A stretch of 64,000 nucleotides of DNA from Cyclobacteriaceae bacterium. Lineage in GTDB: Bacteria; Bacteroidota; Bacteroidia; Cytophagales; Cyclobacteriaceae. Shown piece after piece: positions 58,169 through 64,000 of the stretch. The position numbers and the translations under genes are program-made. The stretch lies in NCBI GenBank assembly GCA_041689935.1, contig JBDNFI010000012.1, forward strand, positions 5,483 through 69,482. Reading direction: 5' to 3'. Numbering within the stretch: the stretch's first letter is position 1; every line of letters starts with the position of its first letter. The notes under the pieces are model-generated. The model worked only from the letters and a program-made list of their open reading frames with translations, had not been told where the DNA came from and did not search any database.

Positions 58169-58810
58169 TTAATTCTTCTTCCTAATAGATGCCAAAAGCA
58201 AGGATTTTGCTTGGGGTCCTTCACAAAAGAGGAGATCCAGAATCGATAGGTTGTTCGCAAAGTCTGCGCCAAACACTTGATAGTATGACATTGGGTCAAA
58301 TTCTAAAATATCATGAATCGATTTATTAGGTTGAAGACTGTTTCTTAAATCGATCACGCTTATTTCAGGCTGTTTTTCAAATGTTTGTGTATATTCTACG
58401 TGAACGTTGAAATTCAATAATTTAAGACATTTTGTCAGGATTAGCCTGTTCAAATCCAAAAGGCGGGAGGGTTTAGCTTCAAGAATATCTCGGATGTCAT
58501 TTTCAAAAAACTCGAAATAGGGAGCATTTCCGTATCCCGACTGGATGGTGCGCCAATGAATATCTGTCCATCTTTGAGAATAATCAATTTCTATATCCTT
58601 AATGGCCTGTTTGCTACTGCCTGTTACAGGGACGGAAAGAGCCGTAACATTATTTGCAGTCTGGATGTAGCACCTATTTCTATAGCTTTGCTTCCTGAAG
58701 TTCTCCTGCGTTTCTAACCGGATAGTATTGAAGCGCAATAGTTGGGCAAACCAAGCAATGCTTGGGAAGTAATGCATTTCAATAAGGGCGGTAGATGTTT
58801 CTGCTGGCAC
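58169..58810 (-). CDS. WbqC-family protein
   Basis: HYFPSIAWFAQLL....RLE..ENF.KQSYRNRC.I is the characteristic WbqC N-terminus. Confidence 0.7.
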   Translation of the reverse strand: MPAETSTALIEMHYFPSIAWFAQLLRFNTIRLETQENFRKQSYRNRCYIQTANNVTALSVPVTGSSKQAIKDIEIDYSQRWTDIHWRTIQSGYGNAPYFEFFENDIRDILEAKPSRLLDLNRLILTKCLKLLNFNVHVEYTQTFEKQPEISVIDLRNSLQPNKSIHDILEFDPMSYYQVFGADFANNLSILDLLFCEGPQAKSLLLASIRKKN

Positions 58811-58854
58811 TGTTTTGTTTTTTTTATCTATGCCAAGGAAGCCTGCTCCCTTGA

Positions 58855-59484
58855 TTACAAGAATTCGTCAATATTACCCAAGCCTTCGCGTATTACTTCG
58901 ATTTGGTCGCCTGAGCAATCCACTACTGTGGAAGCTACATTTTTGCCATAGTCGCCATGAATGACGATGTCAACCTGATTTTTGAATTTCTCATAAATCA
59001 ATTCAGGATCAGTAGAATACTCAATCACTTCGTCTTCATCTCGAATGGAAGTGGTGATAATTGGATTGCCCAACCTTTCTACAATCAATCGAGGAATCTT
59101 ATGATCAGGCACTCGAATACCAATAGTCTTCTTTTTGGTATTTAGTATTTTGGGGACTTTACTGCCTGCATTCAGGATAAATGTAAAGGGGCCTGGAAGT
59201 GCCTTTTTCATTACCTTATACACTGGTGTACTCAAATTGCGAACATATTCGGATATATTACTCAAGTCGCTGCAAATGATAGAGAAATTTGCTTTTTCGG
59301 GTTTCAGCCCTTTCAGTTGAGCTACTCTTTGCACAGCTTTTTGATTGAAAATATCGCAGCCCATCCCATAAATAGTATCAGTAGGATAAATGATGACACC
59401 ACCATTGCGGAGTACTTCCACAATTTGATCAATCTTTTTATCCTCAGGATTTTCCTCGTATAGACGTATAAATTCCGCTGACAT
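58855..59484 (-). CDS. tsaC: L-threonylcarbamoyladenylate synthase (YrdC/TsaC type)
   Basis: 209 aa containing only a YrdC domain, with [14 protein letters not shown] and GPFTFIL blocks. Confidence 0.85.
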   Translation of the reverse strand: MSAEFIRLYEENPEDKKIDQIVEVLRNGGVIIYPTDTIYGMGCDIFNQKAVQRVAQLKGLKPEKANFSIICSDLSNISEYVRNLSTPVYKVMKKALPGPFTFILNAGSKVPKILNTKKKTIGIRVPDHKIPRLIVERLGNPIITTSIRDEDEVIEYSTDPELIYEKFKNQVDIVIHGDYGKNVASTVVDCSGDQIEVIREGLGNIDEFL

Positions 59485-59637
59485 AGTTTATTATTTACCC
59501 AAAGTTAAGCTTTTTTTATTTCTGGCATGGCTAATTTCACGAGGCATAATTGGATTCTGAGCAAAAACCTACTTGACGAAGATGATATTATCCTCCCGCC
59601 ATTTTGTAATATAGCATTCGGATTAAACGTAATAATT

Positions 59638-60561
59638 ATGCGAAAGAGTATCTATTCATTTCTACACCTAATTTTCATTTTCAGCTTTGCTTGTACTACC
59701 CAAGCACAAGAGCTCAAGACTATTTCCATCAATAATGCCACCGAAACTTCCCTCTTTCTCAAATGGAGTGAAGAACGGGTACCAATGATTTCTGCTCATA
59801 GAGGTGGGCCAGCACCAGGATTTCCAGAAAACTGTATTGGGACATTTGAGAATACAATCAAATATACTCACGCAATTATTGAATGTGATATTGCGATAAC
59901 TTCGGATGGGCATTTGGTAATGATGCATGACAATACACTGGATCGCACTACTAACGGTACAGGTAAGGTCAATGAGGTGACGTTGGAATATATTCAGTCA
60001 TTATACTTGAAAGATGATGGGGGCAATTTGACAAATTTTCAGGTACCAACATTGCGGGAGGTTTTGGAATGGGGTAAGGGCAAAGTGGTTTTTACCTTGG
60101 ATGTGAAGCGTGGCGTTCCTTTCGAAAAAGTTACTGATTTGATTATCGAAACAGAAACCAGCCATTTGTCGATAATGATTACCTACAATATGGAAGCCGC
60201 CATGCAAGTGCATGAATTGATTCCTGATTTGCCGATTTCTATGTCGCTTGGTAGTATGGATGCCATCGAACAATGGCGCAAAACAGGTATTCCTGCTGAA
60301 AATGTAGTGGCGTTTGTCGGCACCTCCGAAAGAGATGCCGAGCTATATGATGTTTTGCATAAAGAAGGAATTTACTGTATTTTAGGTACTATGGGGAACT
60401 TAGACAGAAGCGCGGCTACAAATGGCGATGAACTCTACGCCAACCTGATTCGAAATGGTGCAGATATCCTATCTACAGATAGACCAATAGAAGCTGCCAA
60501 AGCTCTTGCGCCAATGGTCAACACAGAAAGCAGATTTTATCAAAGATTTTTCAAAAACTAA
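59638..60561 (+). CDS. Glycerophosphodiester phosphodiesterase family protein (secreted)
   Basis: ISAHRGG...PENC and ECDI...DGHLVMMHD motifs. The ATG at 59638 gives a signal peptide. The track start at 59527 adds 37 non-signal residues. Confidence 0.8.
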   Translation: MRKSIYSFLHLIFIFSFACTTQAQELKTISINNATETSLFLKWSEERVPMISAHRGGPAPGFPENCIGTFENTIKYTHAIIECDIAITSDGHLVMMHDNTLDRTTNGTGKVNEVTLEYIQSLYLKDDGGNLTNFQVPTLREVLEWGKGKVVFTLDVKRGVPFEKVTDLIIETETSHLSIMITYNMEAAMQVHELIPDLPISMSLGSMDAIEQWRKTGIPAENVVAFVGTSERDAELYDVLHKEGIYCILGTMGNLDRSAATNGDELYANLIRNGADILSTDRPIEAAKALAPMVNTESRFYQRFFKN

Positions 60562-60563
60562 AA

Positions 60564-61586
60564 ATGATAGATTTAAGAAGCGACACCGTTACAAAACCAA
60601 CACCTAAAATGATGCAGGCAATGATGTCTGCAAAAGTGGGTGATGACGTGTTTGGCGAAGACCCAACGGTAAATGAATTGGAGCAGAAATTAGCTGCATA
60701 TTTCGGTATGGAGGCAGGGCTGTTTTGCCCGAGTGGCACCATGACCAACCAAATTGCTATTCGAATTTTGACCCAAGCTCAAGATGAAGTGATTTGCCAT
60801 AAATACTCGCATATTTACCTGTATGAAGGTGGTGGGCTTATGGCAAACTCACATGTTTCTGTTGCTTTGCTGGAAGGTGAAAATGGAATTTTGAGCGTAG
60901 AAGCCATAAAAGGAGCTATCAATAACCCAGATGATGTTCACCGTCCGCTTAGTAGAGTGGTAGCTTTGGAGAACACGATGAACAAAGGTGGAGGAGCAAT
61001 TTATCCGATGTCCACCATTCGTGAGATCAGCAAAATGGCGAGAGAACATGGTTTGGCGATGCATTTGGATGGAGCAAGACTTTTCAATGCATTGGTAGAA
61101 ACAGGCAACGATCCATTAGAATATGGGCAATGGTTCGATACTATTTCTATTTGCTTATCCAAAGGATTAGGTTGTCCTGTAGGTTCGGTTTTGCTTTCTT
61201 CCGCTGATAATATTCGCAAAGCACGGAGAGTGCGCAAAGTATTTGGAGGTGGCATGCGCCAAGCTGGATATTTGGCTGCTGCGGGTATTTATGCATTGGA
61301 TAATCATGTAAGCCGCCTCAAAGAAGACCACGATAAAGCGGCTAAATTAGGAGAAGTTTTAGCCACACTTGGTTGGGTCGAAAAAGTGAGTCCAGTTGCA
61401 ACCAATATTGTCATCTTCCATTTGATTCCAAGCTTAAATAATAAGGAAATCCTTACCAAACTTACCGAAGCGGGAATTGGTGGAGTACTCTTCGGACCTG
61501 GTCAAATTCGCTTAGTTACGCATTTGGACTTTAGCGATGAGCAATTGGCGCAAGCAATCGAAATTCTGAAAAGGTTCGAACCATGA
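60564..61586 (+). CDS. ltaE: Low-specificity L-threonine aldolase
   Basis: [13 protein letters not shown]-terminus and the PLP-lysine region SICLSKGLG. 340 aa. Confidence 0.88.
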   Translation: MIDLRSDTVTKPTPKMMQAMMSAKVGDDVFGEDPTVNELEQKLAAYFGMEAGLFCPSGTMTNQIAIRILTQAQDEVICHKYSHIYLYEGGGLMANSHVSVALLEGENGILSVEAIKGAINNPDDVHRPLSRVVALENTMNKGGGAIYPMSTIREISKMAREHGLAMHLDGARLFNALVETGNDPLEYGQWFDTISICLSKGLGCPVGSVLLSSADNIRKARRVRKVFGGGMRQAGYLAAAGIYALDNHVSRLKEDHDKAAKLGEVLATLGWVEKVSPVATNIVIFHLIPSLNNKEILTKLTEAGIGGVLFGPGQIRLVTHLDFSDEQLAQAIEILKRFEP

Positions 61587-62854
61587 GTTTATTCGCTTCA
61601 TCGGCTCCCTTAGCCGAGCGGATCAGACCTGAGGCGCTCGATGATCTCATAGGTCAGAAACACTTGGTAGGGCCAGGAAGTGTATTACGTTCGGTCATCA
61701 AATCAGGACATGTGCCTTCGCTGATTCTTTGGGGACCTCCTGGAGTGGGCAAAACAACGCTTGCGAATATTATAGCCAAGCAAGTGAAAACGCCTTTTGC
61801 GACGTTGAGCGCGGTAAGCTCTGGCGTAAAGGAGGTGCGGGAGGTAATACAACGAGCCAAAAATACAGGCCGAATTATCCTTTTTATAGATGAAATTCAC
61901 CGATTTAATAAATCCCAACAAGATGCTTTGCTGCAGGCCGTAGAAAAAGGCTACATCTCCTTGATTGGGGCGACTACGGAAAATCCATCTTTTGAGGTAA
62001 ACGCCGCATTGCTTTCTCGTTGCCAAGTGTATATTCTCAAAGCACTCGACGAAGCTGATTTGGTTAGCCTAATGAAAAAAGCACTCGAAGAGGACGAAGT
62101 GCTTGCAAAGAAGAAACTTGTACTTACAGAAACGGCAGCACTTATTCGCATTTCTGGTGGAGATGCCCGAAAGCTTTTAAACTTGCTGGAAATCGTCGCC
62201 GATTACTTGGATGAAGGAGAAGAAATCCTCGATGAAAGTGTGATGAAAATCGCACAGCAAAAAATAGCCATATATGATAAATCTGGAGAGCAACATTATG
62301 ATATCATTTCTGCATTTATCAAATCCATAAGAGGCAGCGATCCTAATGCAGCCTTGTATTGGCTTGCCCGAATGATAGAAGGCGGGGAGGATGTGAAATT
62401 TATCGCCCGTCGATTATTGATTTTGGCCTCCGAAGATATTGGCAACGCCAATCCAAATGCGCTCCTGCTTGCTACCACCACTTTTCAAGCCGTATCGATG
62501 ATTGGTTACCCGGAGTCTCGTATTATATTGGGGCAGTGTGCTACCTATTTGGCATGCTCACCCAAGAGCAATGCGGCCTATTTGGGAATAGACAAAGCCT
62601 TAGCCGAAGTACGAAATACTGGAGACCTACCTGTTCCTTTACCTATCCGAAATGCACCCACCCGCCTTATGAAAGATCAAGGTTATGGAAAAGGCTACAA
62701 ATATTCACATGACTTTCCAGGCAATTTTGCCTTCCAAGAATTTTTACCTGATGAACTAAGCCGTACCGTATTTTATGACCCAGGTAAGAATGCGCGGGAG
62801 GAAGAATTTCGTAAACAACTCCAAAAGCTTTGGAAGGATAAATACGACTATTGA
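61583..62854 (+). CDS. rarA: Replication-associated recombination protein A (AAA+ ATPase)
   Basis: LAERIRP..LD...GQ.HL, Walker A GPPGVGKTT, Walker B/sensor FIDEIHRFNK and a MgsA C-terminal domain. Confidence 0.93.
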   Translation: MSLFASSAPLAERIRPEALDDLIGQKHLVGPGSVLRSVIKSGHVPSLILWGPPGVGKTTLANIIAKQVKTPFATLSAVSSGVKEVREVIQRAKNTGRIILFIDEIHRFNKSQQDALLQAVEKGYISLIGATTENPSFEVNAALLSRCQVYILKALDEADLVSLMKKALEEDEVLAKKKLVLTETAALIRISGGDARKLLNLLEIVADYLDEGEEILDESVMKIAQQKIAIYDKSGEQHYDIISAFIKSIRGSDPNAALYWLARMIEGGEDVKFIARRLLILASEDIGNANPNALLLATTTFQAVSMIGYPESRIILGQCATYLACSPKSNAAYLGIDKALAEVRNTGDLPVPLPIRNAPTRLMKDQGYGKGYKYSHDFPGNFAFQEFLPDELSRTVFYDPGKNAREEEFRKQLQKLWKDKYDY

Positions 62855-62870
62855 TCCCTATCTTTGGAAG

Positions 62871-63905
62871 CTAGGTAATATCTGGATTCAACGAGATTTC
62901 ATCTGGCATATAGTGCTTGTGCCATTTGCTCAATTTCTCATTGGTTTGATGATTCATTTGCGATACTTTTTGGATCCGATCAATGACAAAGACATGCTCA
63001 TGGCTCATTTGGACTTCATCTAAAGGCCCTCTCGGTGAAATTAATTTCACGAAAATCGGTGCGGTTTCTATGCAGATAAACAGAAGCAAAATAAACCAGC
63101 TAGCGGTTGCCATCACCGAATTCTTCTCTCCCAATCTGCCCAATGCCTCCAATCTGGCAGCCATTCCATCATAGCGATCACCTTCTAAAGTGAGTAGTTC
63201 AGCTTGGAGTTTTTGATACACGCTATCTCTCGCCACGAGCAGTTGGGCAATATTCATTTTAGCATCTGCTTCGTAGCTCTTAAATTCTTCTCCAGCTTTG
63301 TCTGCATCAGCTTTTTTCAATAAATAAATTGGGCCAAGATTTTTCTGCATAGAGCCGCCAGTGCCATCGGCTTCCTTCCGAGCTTCTTCGGCCAATATGT
63401 CCTTGCGGTTTTGGGCAATAGCAATTTTTCCTTCCCAGTCGCTCACAGCACTATCGTAGCTTGCAAGGGTATTTGTAAACCGCAACGAAATACTTGCCTC
63501 CTGATTTTTCTTTAATTCTTGCTTCATCAACACAAGCTCCGAAGCAATTTCAGGTTCAAATATTTTGAGCTCTAGCGGACGGGAAATCACAATGGCCAAT
63601 ACGATAGCTAATAGCAAACGAGGAATAGCCATTGCCCATTCGCTTCGTCTACTTTTGCTTTTTTTCATACTCGATACGATATATCGATCGAGATTAAAAA
63701 TCATAGCTCCCCATAATAGGCCAAAGCCAACGGAAAGAAAGATGTTTTCACTAATAGTATAGAGCGCATACCCAGAAGCCAAAAAGGCGAATATGGCTGT
63801 AAACAAAATGGTGGCTCCAATACCAGCGTATTTATTGATTTCACTTGGGCATCTTTTGATATAGCCCTTGGGAACTCCAGAACAGAAAAGAAAGAATTGC
63901 TGCAT
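62871..63905 (-). CDS. DUF4407-like membrane protein with a long coiled-coil segment
   Basis: The N-terminus is FCSG......RCPSE.NKYAGIGATILFTA, followed by TM helices and a central coiled coil. Family assignment is from memory. Confidence 0.55.
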   Translation of the reverse strand: MQQFFLFCSGVPKGYIKRCPSEINKYAGIGATILFTAIFAFLASGYALYTISENIFLSVGFGLLWGAMIFNLDRYIVSSMKKSKSRRSEWAMAIPRLLLAIVLAIVISRPLELKIFEPEIASELVLMKQELKKNQEASISLRFTNTLASYDSAVSDWEGKIAIAQNRKDILAEEARKEADGTGGSMQKNLGPIYLLKKADADKAGEEFKSYEADAKMNIAQLLVARDSVYQKLQAELLTLEGDRYDGMAARLEALGRLGEKNSVMATASWFILLLFICIETAPIFVKLISPRGPLDEVQMSHEHVFVIDRIQKVSQMNHQTNEKLSKWHKHYMPDEISLNPDIT

Positions 63906-64000
63906 AATGCGAGAGGATTTTGTTCAAGCTTAACGAATAAGCTATATGCTTATTTTACGTGCAACAAAATTCGATTAACCGAGTGATTTATTCGACTGAT

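Overview
This 64 kb window looks like a Bacteroidota-type chromosome: it is lipoprotein-rich, atpD-atpC is split from the rest of the ATP synthase genes, and there is little Shine-Dalgarno signal. Genus cannot be determined from the sequence alone. I support about 60 densely packed protein genes, mostly housekeeping: atpD-atpC, a natAB-like ABC exporter with an orphan histidine kinase, dnaJ-grpE, obg-adk-hpt, upp, hemE, recR, clpS, an mlaEFD-like set, icd, lpdA, fabG, clpC, tsaC, ltaE and rarA. There is one tRNA-Ser(UGA). I saw no rRNA, CRISPR array, transposase or integrase. Three things stand out. (1) On the 3-prime side of tRNA-Ser sits a translationally coupled three-gene operon (41742-44525), with a hipBA toxin-antitoxin module and three 22-bp operators just beyond it. 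The operon encodes a GIY-YIG/DUF4357-like nuclease, an HNH protein with a long unassigned N-terminus, and a SAM-methyltransferase::HIT fusion. It matches no defence system I can name and is my best candidate for an undescribed system. (2) An AT-rich cassette of about 3.3 kb (31399-34716) encodes two small Cys-rich secreted peptides, one interrupted by an in-frame TGA, and two tandem paralogous lipoproteins. It is bracketed by two diverged copies (about 83 percent identity, mostly synonymous differences) of the last 126 nt of the upstream gene, which suggests horizontal insertion or replacement. (3) The octamer GCGGGAGG/CCTCCCGC occurs 41 times by my eye count, against an expectation below 1. 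It appears in all reading frames and both orientations, so it is a DNA-level word comparable in density to uptake sequences or cyanobacterial HIP1. All family assignments come from motif recognition without database searches.
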